Counted from the stretch's first letter, positions 44,488 to 54,338 are shown. The stretch: DNA of 64,000 bases from an uncultured Nitrososphaerales archaeon (GCA_963841565.1 CAWJCY010000006.1:160001-224000), one strand, 5' to 3'. Numbers and translations: made by a program. Notes: generated by a model not told the origin, from the letters alone.

Positions 44488-47115
44488 GTGACACTAATTC
44501 GAGAGATTGCAAGAAAATGGCTCGCTGAACCACTTGAGAATTTGAAGGTAGATAAGGTTGAAGAATCTGATGGTCGTAGTCAGGAGTTTGATACTCATCC
44601 TCATGCTAATCATCCAACCAAACCAGATTATGAGAATAGGCGAATTAGAATTGGTATAGATGTGGGTGGTACGTTTACAAAAGCAGTAGCAATAGATATG
44701 TCTACAGGAAGTATCATAGGGAAATCTACCCTACCTACTACTCACAAATCAAATCAAGGTGTTGCAACAGGCATCTTACAAGCGCTATCAGATGTTATGA
44801 TTAGGTTTGAGATACAAAATTCTGAAGTGGAACTCATATCTCATAGTACCACTCAGGCCGTAAATGCCTTGCTTGAAGGTGATACAGCTAAGGTTGGAAT
44901 CATAGGGATGGGAGTTAGCTTAGAGAAGTCCAACATCATTAAACGCACACACATTAAAGATATCACACTAGATGGTAACGGAAAAAAATATATCAAGACC
45001 TGTTATAGGTACTTGGATACTTCTGCATATCTAGGCGAAGAAAGGGTGAGGTCTTTAATCCTCGAACTTGTACGCGAAGGAGCCAAAGTCCTTGTGATCA
45101 GTGAAGCATATGGTGTAGATGACCCTAGTAACGAAGATTTCGTCGAGAATGTCGCAAGGTCCAATATTATGGGAAGTGATGGCAAAAAAGTTCCCGTAAT
45201 TGCAGCTCATGATCTAACAGGAATTTATGGTCTAGAGATCCGGACTATGACTGCCGTGATTAATGCAAGTATTCTGCCGAAGGCCGCTAGTACTGCAAAG
45301 TTCGTTGAATATGCCGTAAGAGAGAAGCTTGGAATCTCCAAAAATACATCAATAAAGATAATGAAAGGCGACGGAGGGCTTACAGATATCGATGCATTTG
45401 AGACAAAACCCATAATAACTGTTCTATCAGGACCTGCAGCTAGTGTTGCGGGGGCTCTTCTTCACTTGAGGGTATTAAATGGAGTTTTTGTAGAGGTCGG
45501 CGGAACTTCGACAAATGTGTGCGTAATAAAGGACGGTAAGCCTAAAGTGAACTACGCTACCATAGTTCAATATCCTACGTGTATTCGCTCATTGGATGTA
45601 AGAGTTGTGAATGTCGCAGGAGGCTCTATCGTCATGTTATCAAAAGACAAGCGAAAAATATTAGACGTGGGTCCTAGGTCTGCGCATATAGCTGGTTTGA
45701 AGTATTCCTGTTTCGCTGAGCCTTACGAGCTCCAGGAAGGAACGATTATACGATTTAAACCTGAGATTGAGGATGACTCGCCTCTCAAACACACAACCAA
45801 TGTACATGAATCCAATATCAATGGCGAAGAACAAAGCATGATCTATGCCGTAATTAAAGGAAGAGGTCTAACTAATGGGTTAGGAAAAGAGAAGAGCTCA
45901 AGAGAAAGACTATTTGCCATAACGACCACATGTGCAGCCAATGCGCTTGGTTTGATTTCTGACGACGATTATGCCAAAGGCAATTCCGAATCTGCAAAGA
46001 TTGCCCTGTCAATTCTCGCCCGAGAAATAGGTACTTCGACTGAAAATGCTGCCAAACAAATACTTGAAATCGCGAGTGACAAGATTTTACATGTCATGGG
46101 TCCTATGTTAAAGGAATATGCTCTAACATATAACAAACCAAGAGGATTCCTACTGAATAGAAAGGAAAATAATGATCGTTCTGGAAATGATGGAAGAAAT
46201 CGAATTAATAATAGCTTTGTCTTAGTGGGAGGAGGTGGAGGTGCTTCGGTCCTGGTGCCTCACCTAGCCAAGACACTTAATATGAATTATAAGAAAGCAG
46301 AACACGCTGAAGTCATATCATCAATTGGTGTAGCCGCTGCCATGATTCACGAAGAACTTGAAAGAACAGTTGATATGAATCCCAACCCAGAAGTGGTTTC
46401 CCTCTTGATGGATGAAGTCAAGGACCTAGCCTTGGCTAAAGGCGCACTACCTGAATCCATCACTATACAATCAGAATATGTCAGCGATCGATCTGTCTTA
46501 CGAGTCACTGCAACTGGCAACATGAGCTTAGACATAGGTACAGCCAATTCTAGGGAAATTAGCAACCATGAAGCTGAAGACATCGCCAAGAATCTTTTCG
46601 GAACAGCTTCGAGCCCGGATTCAGGAGATCCAGGTGATGGCATACAAGAGGTAGATCGTAATGTGACCGTCAAGCGTATTGATTTCAACGTGAAGAACTA
46701 TCACATATTTGAATGTGAAAAAAAAGTCAAGAACCTATTTGGATTTATCCCGCGTTCACAGAAAAAGCAAATTTCAATATTGATTCTCGATAAATTTGGT
46801 AGAGTGAGACTTTCCTTAACAGGCGTAAACATCATCAAGGGCACCAAACAAGATGTCTTGACTGATCTGCTTACACTACTTGGGAGTCCTCTTGATCCGT
46901 TAGAAGGAAACGATAGTAATAAAAAGGTTAAGTTCCAGCATAGCAGAAATACGGATGACAAGCACTGGGATCTTCCACCACAGGTACATCTGTTAGATGA
47001 TATTCGGCTAATAGATTTTTCGAATCTCACATCTTCAGAAAATCTCTCTAAAGTCATTAGGGATGAAGTTCAAAAATCATCTTCTAAAGACATTCTTGCT
47101 GTAATCAAAAAGTAA
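44488..47115 (+). CDS. Hydantoinase/oxoprolinase A-subunit family ATPase
   Basis: IGIDVGGTFT, HSTTQAVNALL, SGPAAS, EVGGTSTN, VGPRSA and VGGGGG motifs. Confidence 0.9.
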   Translation: MTLIREIARKWLAEPLENLKVDKVEESDGRSQEFDTHPHANHPTKPDYENRRIRIGIDVGGTFTKAVAIDMSTGSIIGKSTLPTTHKSNQGVATGILQALSDVMIRFEIQNSEVELISHSTTQAVNALLEGDTAKVGIIGMGVSLEKSNIIKRTHIKDITLDGNGKKYIKTCYRYLDTSAYLGEERVRSLILELVREGAKVLVISEAYGVDDPSNEDFVENVARSNIMGSDGKKVPVIAAHDLTGIYGLEIRTMTAVINASILPKAASTAKFVEYAVREKLGISKNTSIKIMKGDGGLTDIDAFETKPIITVLSGPAASVAGALLHLRVLNGVFVEVGGTSTNVCVIKDGKPKVNYATIVQYPTCIRSLDVRVVNVAGGSIVMLSKDKRKILDVGPRSAHIAGLKYSCFAEPYELQEGTIIRFKPEIEDDSPLKHTTNVHESNINGEEQSMIYAVIKGRGLTNGLGKEKSSRERLFAITTTCAANALGLISDDDYAKGNSESAKIALSILAREIGTSTENAAKQILEIASDKILHVMGPMLKEYALTYNKPRGFLLNRKENNDRSGNDGRNRINNSFVLVGGGGGASVLVPHLAKTLNMNYKKAEHAEVISSIGVAAAMIHEELERTVDMNPNPEVVSLLMDEVKDLALAKGALPESITIQSEYVSDRSVLRVTATGNMSLDIGTANSREISNHEAEDIAKNLFGTASSPDSGDPGDGIQEVDRNVTVKRIDFNVKNYHIFECEKKVKNLFGFIPRSQKKQISILILDKFGRVRLSLTGVNIIKGTKQDVLTDLLTLLGSPLDPLEGNDSNKKVKFQHSRNTDDKHWDLPPQVHLLDDIRLIDFSNLTSSENLSKVIRDEVQKSSSKDILAVIKK

Positions 47116-47272
47116 AATATATCGAGTCATACTAACTTATCAGTTATTATCAACTCTTAGAATATTTCCACTAAAATGTTGAGTAAATATATGATGGCGA
47201 AAATACTTGGATTCTCATCTTATTTACCAAGGGGATGCTAATTTTGAATTGTGCTGCTCAGGTAAGTCTTAA

Positions 47273-47950
47273 TCATTGGGACAAATTTGGAACGATCCGG
47301 TAAATATTTCCGTGGATGTGTGATAGCAAATAAAGATAACCATCTGGCCCTTCTTTAATATCTGCAATAACCCCGAAGCCTTGCCCTAATACCACGTTTT
47401 CAAGCTCCTCATTGTCGTTTGCAACTTTATCTGCAAGATCTCCTTCAAGATCTAACTTCGTTCTGTCATCGCCTAATTCAAAAATATATAGATAGTCATT
47501 ATTATAATCGGCAACGAACAGATCATTTTGATACTCTTCTCCCCAGAGTATCACCTCTAAGGAATTCTAAAGCGGTTACGCCAATAGACATATTCCAAGC
47601 AAATTCAGGACTTCTATATCTTCCTTTATCGGCGAAAGTTTCTAAATTGGCTGGTATCGTTACCATATTGTCATCAAAATATCCTCTAGCGGCTGGTAAT
47701 GGGTTTGACGTAGTAACTGGCCACCATCCTTGTACTCTTAACCATCCACTATTGAATCCAGGTTCTACAAGGTTAATTTCGTCACCATACCCAGCGCCAT
47801 TTTCACTATCCCACAACTTATTAGTAACCGGATCGAATGCAAGTCCAAATCCATTTCTTATGCCAAATGCATAGTATTTATTCAGAAGACTATGATCAGC
47901 TAGAACTCCGGTAGTACCATTCTCTCCTCCCAGTACTGGTTCACCGATTC
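47273..47950 (-). pseudogene. PQQ-dependent aldose sugar dehydrogenase (GSDH), C-terminal remnant with frameshift
   Basis: YYAFGIRNGFGLAFDP, DEINLVEPGFNSGW and DIKEGPDGYLY; 5' part missing, frameshift near 47550. Confidence 0.8.
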
Positions 47951-48414
47951 TTTGAGTAATTGATATCACAATTCCGAAATAACATTTACAGAACAAATTG
48001 CAAGTAGCGATGGTGCGTAATATGTAGTTACGCACTAAATCCATTGTGAATTCGCGGATAAACATTTGATAATGTTTGAAGTATTTGACAAGCGGATTAG
48101 GTACAATGTGATGTGTTCTAATCATGACTACAGATTGGTCACTAGTGATTTCGAAACTTCATAAACGGATTGAGTACCCCTGATCTCTACCGCGTTTCCC
48201 CACGAATAGCATACGGCATATCCGTTTGGTTAAATGACACAACTTACAAAGCTCCTTTCAGTGCCTTTAATCGTGGATGTCGTATCACTCTAAAAAAGAA
48301 AGTATTTGAATGGATCGATTGCATAATATTAGATAGATCTAGAGAAAAATCGAATGCAAGCTAGAATTTTATGGTTCATTAATCGTTGGTAATGTTGAAT
48401 CCATACGGATAGCA

Positions 48415-48455
48415 TTTAAATATTAGGCTACACTAATTAGGTTAGTCTAATCTAA
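48415..48455 (+). promoter_or_regulatory. TATA box followed by tandem DtxR-type operators
   Basis: TTTAAATA, TTAGGCTACACTAA, TTAGGTTAGTCTAA; 48437-48455 matches the DtxR consensus TTAGGTTAGCCTAACCTAA at 17/19. Confidence 0.8.
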
Positions 48456-48456
48456 A

Positions 48457-48771
48457 ATGAGCCTTTCGAGCGATTACGAAGAAAATAATTCATTATTGTT
48501 GTTGAGAGAGGTTGCAGAAATGATTACTTATAAAATAATTACATCAACCATGTACTCAGCAAAGACGGTACTCCAGATATCAACTGAGAATAAGATACCA
48601 TTGAGTTCAACTTACAAAAAGATAAGTAGATTATGCAAAGCGGGGATTTTGTCAGTAGAAAGAGCTTCGATAGACGATAATGGAAAGAAGGTTCTTTATT
48701 ACAAAAGTAAAATAAAAGCGATCGAGGCATGTCTAAATGAGAATGGACTTGCGGTTCACGTAAAGAAATAA
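48457..48771 (+). CDS. ArsR-like winged-helix regulator
   Basis: AKTVLQISTENKIPLSSTYKKISRL...GKKVLYYKS. Confidence 0.85.
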   Translation: MSLSSDYEENNSLLLLREVAEMITYKIITSTMYSAKTVLQISTENKIPLSSTYKKISRLCKAGILSVERASIDDNGKKVLYYKSKIKAIEACLNENGLAVHVKK

Positions 48772-49250
48772 AAGTTCTCAAGATTTAATAGCCAAACATC
48801 ATTTCAGCAATGTATCAAGAGAATGCCGAAAGGGAGTCTGAATGTGAATTGAAATTGATGACAATATAGGCTAGCTTAAAACAATTCATATGGATTGATT
48901 TGACTATTATTGAGAATCCGCACTATATTCATTATAGTTAATTGGCCACTCCAAGCTTTGTTACTGATAATGTTTTTGATTTACTTTGTTGTAACGCATT
49001 GTTTTTCTTAATTTGTCAGATGCCAGAATCCAACTTTAGTGCCGATTCAATACTACTTTCATCTAAAGTGGATACGAAGTAGTACTAAACCAGATTTTAT
49101 GATTTGCATTTAGTTTATATGAAATTAATTATTCTAACAAAATGATACTGTACAACAATAGCAAAGAAACCCCATTGCCACCGAGTAAATTTCTCATTAT
49201 TGAGAAATAGCTATTAATTTAAATAACAACTGTCAAGGTAATTTATTGTC

Positions 49251-49709
49251 ATGAATAGACAAATATTGAACATGAAATCCATGTTCGTTATCTATATGTG
49301 TCTCTTAGCTGCTATATCTCTACCTGTGAGCTCTATGGCAAGTAATTCTGCATTCGCTCAAGGTACGACTGAAAGTGATGCAGCTGCAGGTGAAGAAGCA
49401 CAGAGTACTAGCGATCCATTAGAACTTATCTCTACAATACAGAGCTTGCTGAATCAAGCAGTAGTAGAATATGGTAACCAGAACTTCACTGGTGCAGCAG
49501 AATTAGCACAAATTGCATATCTGGATAATTATGAGTATTTAGAGGCTCCATTGGGTCAACTAGATCCCGCGTTGATGGAAGCAACTGAAATAATGATCAG
49601 GGAAGATATGCAAAATTCAATAGAATCAAGAGTACCTCTTAGCGAATTGCAACAATTGGTCAATACCATTGATGGTAATTTAATTACAGCACAACAACTG
49701 TTCGGTTGA
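49251..49709 (+). CDS. Secreted stand-alone copy of the Ftr1 extracellular helical domain
   Basis: Signal peptide ending in AFA; AYLDNYEYLEAP versus AYLDNFEYLEAP in 54421-56832. Confidence 0.8.
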   Translation: MNRQILNMKSMFVIYMCLLAAISLPVSSMASNSAFAQGTTESDAAAGEEAQSTSDPLELISTIQSLLNQAVVEYGNQNFTGAAELAQIAYLDNYEYLEAPLGQLDPALMEATEIMIREDMQNSIESRVPLSELQQLVNTIDGNLITAQQLFG

Positions 49710-50022
49710 CGAAACACAACCTCTTTTTATTACCTTATTTTATTATGCTTTGCCTATTTCACGTAAAGGTTAGCATTTTCCTATCAGAACCTTCAAAGTA
49801 AATGATTGTAAAGCGTCATAGGTTATAAAGCGTCTGTAGACTCAATAACACTCGAGGCAAGCTTAGAAATAGAAATTATTTTGGTGAGAGCCCTCATTTT
49901 ACCAATGGTTAGTTTGAAAACATATAGCTTTTGTATTATGACAAGGATGATAGCTAGGACTCGCGGATACCCGCTATGTCAGATATTAAGTGGTTAGTTT
50001 GTCATGACAACATGGTTAGAAA

Positions 50023-50069
50023 TCCTACTCGATTAGATTTTGATCAACCGTCAATCCAATCGAGTAGGA
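50023..50069. other. Long hairpin (17-bp stem); part of a minus-strand RNA or a plus-strand terminator
   Basis: TCCTACTCGATTAGATT pairs with AATCCAATCGAGTAGGA; the single A/C mismatch is a G-U pair on the minus strand; a T7 run follows on the plus strand. Confidence 0.65.
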
Positions 50070-50165
50070 GGTGTTTTTTTCTGACCTGGCGCGAGTAGTG
50101 ATTTTCTATCGGAATTTCCATAGATGCCAATCCCAGACATTCCAATAGTTCATTTGTTCAGTGTA

Positions 50166-50200
50166 TTAGTTAATCCTAATTAGGTAAGACTAATATTTAT
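50166..50200 (-). promoter_or_regulatory. TATA-like box followed by tandem DtxR-type operators
   Basis: Minus strand reads ATAAATA, TTAGTCTTACCTAA, TTAGGATTAACTAA. Confidence 0.75.
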
Positions 50201-50645
50201 GCTTGCTTTTGATTCTCATTGAGGAGAATTTTCACAATACTTATCGCTAACATAAAGACATATGTTTTTGTTTATTTCATTAATTTAGTCAGATTACGGG
50301 GTAAAAGTGGACACATATCAGTACTACGGTTCATGAGCTATAAGATACGTATTACTGTCAATTATTGCTTTCCATGTTCCTCATACATATGTTCTTTCAA
50401 CAAGTCTTCAGATCGACATCTAGTTTTGCATTCGGAACAAACGAAAAACTTGTGATCATTAATCGTGTCGCCATCCTTGCTGGCGTGTGTTTTGGTCAAG
50501 GTCGTTCGTGATATGTGCACATCGGGCTTTATATAGGTATAAAATGCATTAAAAAGGTTATTTCAAGATGAAAATTGAAAAGAACGCTCAATGATAAATA
50601 TTTGATAGTACTCACTCAAGATAAAATTTAATTCTGGGCTGAAAA

Positions 50646-51119
50646 CTATACTGGGCAGCATTTACCTGGTGGTATTGGATGTCCATGAGGACATCGCATT
50701 GGATGATTCAGTAAGGTGCACAAAGCATCTGTAAAGACTTCCTTCATATGATGCTCAATACCACACACCATTTCTTCATCGATCGCGATTCTCAAACTAT
50801 CTCTCATAAGTATTTCGAGAAGACGGGTATTTCGTATCATATGTCTTGCTATCTGCTCACCCTTCGCAGTAATCCTAATTGAAATATTTTCCTTACTGTA
50901 TTCCACAAAGTTCTCATCATTAAGTTTATGTAACATGCTCACAACTGAAGGCTGTCTAATGTTAAGTAATTTAGCAATAGAACTTACCTTCACCTCTTTG
51001 CCTCTCTCTCCTATATGCCAAATTGCCTTAAGATACATTTCCAGGCTCTCTGAACGAGCTGTCCCGATATATAGCTCTTCATCGACAGATTTCTTCGACT
51101 GACTACTATTATTATTCAA
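50646..51119 (-). CDS. dtxR: DtxR/MntR-family metal-dependent regulator without SH3 domain
   Basis: EMYLKAI, PSVVSML, RLLE, CGIEHH and CPHGHPIP motifs. Confidence 0.93.
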   Translation of the reverse strand: MNNNSSQSKKSVDEELYIGTARSESLEMYLKAIWHIGERGKEVKVSSIAKLLNIRQPSVVSMLHKLNDENFVEYSKENISIRITAKGEQIARHMIRNTRLLEILMRDSLRIAIDEEMVCGIEHHMKEVFTDALCTLLNHPMRCPHGHPIPPGKCCPV

Positions 51120-51396
51120 TATGGTGTATAATTGTAAGTACTACAATGTTTTAGTTATTTAGCATATAGTCGTTTCTCACAGACGAAAACATGAGTCTAG
51201 TAACAAGGGTTATCTATGCAGTCCATCAAGTAAAGACTCTTGTTTAAGAGTTTCGATCCATTTATCCTTGATCGAAGTATGACTCAGATTTATTCTGTTA
51301 GTGTGGAAGATTTAGCAAAAATACTAAGACCTTTCTCTTCGGTTCTCAGATCTTAGAATCTAATATAAGTATATTATCCATCGTCAATCCCTCACT

Positions 51397-51594
51397 CTAT
51401 GGATAACCCATTATCATGTTCAAAGCTATTCGTGTTATCTCAGATTCAATTTCATTTTTAAATTCATGCGTTAATGACGCTAGAGTATAATTTTGGACTG
51501 AAAGTCCAAAGTAGGTCATCGAAAGCAATATCAATACCAATACAGATGTTAAAATATTATAATTTATTCGAAATTTATTGAAACAATTTGACAT
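51397..51594 (-). CDS. Possible small single-TM protein
   Basis: 65 aa with one hydrophobic helix and an AT-rich TATA-like element upstream. Confidence 0.35.
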   Translation of the reverse strand: MSNCFNKFRINYNILTSVLVLILLSMTYFGLSVQNYTLASLTHEFKNEIESEITRIALNMIMGYP

Positions 51595-51739
51595 GATTTT
51601 AGATCGAATTGGATGTTAAATTTAAATATACATATAGGTTTTCTAGCCGTATAACATGACAAAATTATTCATTTCTTTTGTCTCTATTGAGAATCAAACG
51701 GGAGTATATATATATAATATTTTATAACATAATCGGCCA

Positions 51740-52993
51740 TTGAGGGATCAACGAGCAGCTGAGATATTCCAATCTCACCAGGAAAGTCGGTCATTTTACG
51801 CCGAAGAGAAACCTTCAACTTTCTTATCAATTGTTATACCTACCTATAATGAAAGCGAAAATATCATCAGACTTGTTAGAGAAATTGCTAGCAGGATCCC
51901 CAAAGATATTAGGACGGAGATTTTGATAGTTGATGATAAATCTCCCGACGGAACTGGCTCTCTAATTGATAAGTTTGTAGCAGAGAATAATTTCGATGGA
52001 ATTCGTAACGAAAGTCAAATACTGACCATCAACGTACTTCATAGAGAGACACGTGACGGCCTGATGTGTGCAGTGCTTGATGGTATCAAAGCTTCCAATG
52101 GCAAGAACATACTAGTAATGGATGCTGATTTCTCTCATCCTCCTCAACTTATACCTCGGATAATAAAGGAACTCAAGCACGAATCTAATTGTGTCGTGAT
52201 AGGGTCGAGATATGCAAAGGGGGGTTCTATTGTAGGTGTACCGTTGAAGAGACTCTTAATAAGTTTTGGTGCTACAGGAATTGCAAGATACGGCCTCAAC
52301 GTAAAAGAAGTTCGAGACCCAATGTCTGGATTTTTTGCATTGCCACGTCATGTTATAAAAGATATCGAATTTAGTACTCAAGGATTCAAGATTTTGCTTG
52401 AAATACTAGTCAAGAAACAAAGACACATTACCGTAAAAGAGATTCCATACACTTTTACTGTCAGAAAATATGGACATAGTAAATTGGATCGAAAGGTCTT
52501 GGTAGACTATACGAAGGCGGTTTGGAGTCTGTACAAGTACGGGAGAAGATCACAAAAAAGGCTGGAAAGTTCAGAGCACAGAAGATCAGTATTGTTCTTA
52601 TCGAAGGCCGCTAGGTTCTTCACCGTAGGAGCTAGTGGGTTAGCAATCAATTTCCTGGTATCTTTTTTACTCTCTAATGGAACCTTAGCTAATCTTTGGT
52701 ATGTTCAAGCGACTGCAATGGGAATAGCTGTTTCAATAACCACTAACTTCCTCTTGAACAAGATTTGGACATTTGAGGACAAAAAGTTCTCTGTCCTTTA
52801 TGCTTTGAAGCAATACGGTTTATTTCTATTTTTCAGCTCATTAGGTATCTCGATACAGCTTTCATTAGTCTATTTGATGGTAGAATCTGGAATACCTTAT
52901 AATCTATCACTTATTTGCGCAGTAGCCGCGGCTTCAATTAGTAATTTTGTCCTTAACAAGAAGTGGACTTTTAGAGAGAAAGTGTGGGGCTGA
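51740..52993 (+). CDS. GT2 polyprenol-phosphate mannosyltransferase-like protein fused to a GtrA domain
   Basis: SIVIPTYNE, VDDKSPDGT, MDADFSHPP and DPMSGFF; C-terminal RFFTVG...NFLLNKIWTF...NKKWTF. Confidence 0.92.
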   Translation: MRDQRAAEIFQSHQESRSFYAEEKPSTFLSIVIPTYNESENIIRLVREIASRIPKDIRTEILIVDDKSPDGTGSLIDKFVAENNFDGIRNESQILTINVLHRETRDGLMCAVLDGIKASNGKNILVMDADFSHPPQLIPRIIKELKHESNCVVIGSRYAKGGSIVGVPLKRLLISFGATGIARYGLNVKEVRDPMSGFFALPRHVIKDIEFSTQGFKILLEILVKKQRHITVKEIPYTFTVRKYGHSKLDRKVLVDYTKAVWSLYKYGRRSQKRLESSEHRRSVLFLSKAARFFTVGASGLAINFLVSFLLSNGTLANLWYVQATAMGIAVSITTNFLLNKIWTFEDKKFSVLYALKQYGLFLFFSSLGISIQLSLVYLMVESGIPYNLSLICAVAAASISNFVLNKKWTFREKVWG

Positions 52994-53104
52994 ATCTGTC
53001 CCTAAAAGATTGTTTAGGATCTGATTGAAGCCTCTTGGTTACTTTCCTATTTAGTCTATTTACTAAAATAAAAGAAAAAAAGGGTTCAAAAATATTGGAG
53101 TTAT

Positions 53105-53590
53105 TTAGCGGATTTCCAGCTTCGCGAGTATGTCTTCGATAGTCTGTTCGTCTTCCAATTCTGCATCAAGCAGATCTAGTGCTAGATGGTAGGTACCGTG
53201 ATCTTTGTCCTTAACGTTATTGGCAAGGTCATTATATAACTTGATTACGCTTCTTTCAAATTCCAGTGCTTTTTCCAAAGCACTGCGAAGTGTCAAGTAC
53301 CTTGAAGGTTGTAGCTTACCCAAGCCGCTTTCTTGTTCCCATAAAGCAGGGTCATCTTTGGCATTAGTTCCAAGTTGCATCAGCCTAATAGAGACTTTTT
53401 TAGCATGCCCCAGTTCTTCATCTGCTCGCTCTTCGAAAAACTTTTGTTCTAGCACACCTAGTCCTTCTATATTCTGAGAAATGTACCAGAAATAATGGAA
53501 TGCTGACAATTCTCCAGCATAAGCGGTTTTCAGCATCTCTATCGTACCTTCGACTCCAGAACCAGCAATTTCTTTTCCCATTTTGCCCAT
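53105..53590 (-). CDS. Ferritin-like di-iron protein (DpsL/bacterioferritin-like)
   Basis: AYAGEL, DEELGHA, LEFERSVI and DAELEDE carboxylate pattern. Confidence 0.88.
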   Translation of the reverse strand: MGKMGKEIAGSGVEGTIEMLKTAYAGELSAFHYFWYISQNIEGLGVLEQKFFEERADEELGHAKKVSIRLMQLGTNAKDDPALWEQESGLGKLQPSRYLTLRSALEKALEFERSVIKLYNDLANNVKDKDHGTYHLALDLLDAELEDEQTIEDILAKLEIR

Positions 53591-53642
53591 ATTATATTCG
53601 ATATCTATATGGATAACCTCCTATTTAATAATTTTCAACAAT

Positions 53643-53656
53643 TTAGTACGAACTAA
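53643..53656. promoter_or_regulatory. DtxR-type operator upstream of the BRE/TATA of the ferritin-like gene
   Basis: TTAGTACGAACTAA followed by a further TTAG; the minus-strand TTAAATA TATA box lies at about 53622-53629. Confidence 0.6.
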
Positions 53657-53847
53657 TTAGAAAGAGTATGTAGAATTGTAGAAATTATAAGATAATTCCA
53701 CACAATACAGTAATTATTGATTGCATCCTACGTTACAAGTGTCATTTAAATAAACTTATTTTTGTAAATACATATCATGTCTATGTAGAGCGTTAGTAAT
53801 CTCAGAAATAAATAATCTCTAACAATGAATCATTTAAGATACAAAAT

Positions 53848-54108
53848 TTAGCTCTGCTTCGGTGATATATCTTTTTCCTTCTTCCTATGTGGAGGTTCTA
53901 ACCCAATGGTTCCCATTATTGAATCTCCTATTGGTTCAAAAATAGTCCGAAGTGATTCGGTATCATAGTATTTTATCACCTCGTTCAACTTGCTCTCGAT
54001 CTTTCTCTGTTCGATTTTCAAAAGCATATATCGGGATATTAACGCCTTCACTTCATCTGCCTTGTCTTCCTCAATTGGGTTCTTATCCGAAGAGCTTGGC
54101 GGGGACAT
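53848..54108 (-). CDS. Hypothetical 86-aa protein, second gene of the boxed operon
   Basis: Starts 6 nt after the stop of 54115-54300; short coiled-coil core. Confidence 0.65.
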   Translation of the reverse strand: MSPPSSSDKNPIEEDKADEVKALISRYMLLKIEQRKIESKLNEVIKYYDTESLRTIFEPIGDSIMGTIGLEPPHRKKEKDISPKQS

Positions 54109-54114
54109 TCTTTA

Positions 54115-54300
54115 TCAAGGGGCGTCTTTTAAGACTACTACATTACCATATGTAAGTTGGACCTCATTCATGCCATAGGTAAGCTGTTCTAGAGGGTCCA
54201 AAATCCCATCGGTATTATCACATACGTAAGTCGTTAGATCTCTGTCTTCAATTTTTTCATTCTTATTGACATTTTCAAGAAAATTGTGGGCCTCTTCCAT
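54115..54300 (-). CDS. Hypothetical acidic 61-aa protein
   Basis: ATG lies 2 nt after a TATA plus tandem-operator cassette. Confidence 0.65.
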   Translation of the reverse strand: MEEAHNFLENVNKNEKIEDRDLTTYVCDNTDGILDPLEQLTYGMNEVQLTYGNVVVLKDAP

Positions 54301-54302
54301 TG

Positions 54303-54338
54303 TTAGACTTTCCTAATTAGGATATCCTAATATTTAAA
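54303..54338 (-). promoter_or_regulatory. TATA box followed by tandem DtxR-type operators
   Basis: Minus strand reads TTTAAATA, TTAGGATATCCTAA, TTAGGAAAGTCTAA, CA, ATG. Confidence 0.8.

Noticed and set aside
50219-50455. 78-aa plus-strand ORF as the target of the 50166-50193 operators
   Set aside because: No recognisable protein features, and the TATA-box register matches the other cassettes only on the minus strand. Not fully excluded.
53051-53066. TTAGTCTATTTACTAA as a further DtxR box
   Set aside because: Spacer is 8 nt instead of 6, and it lies between convergent gene ends.
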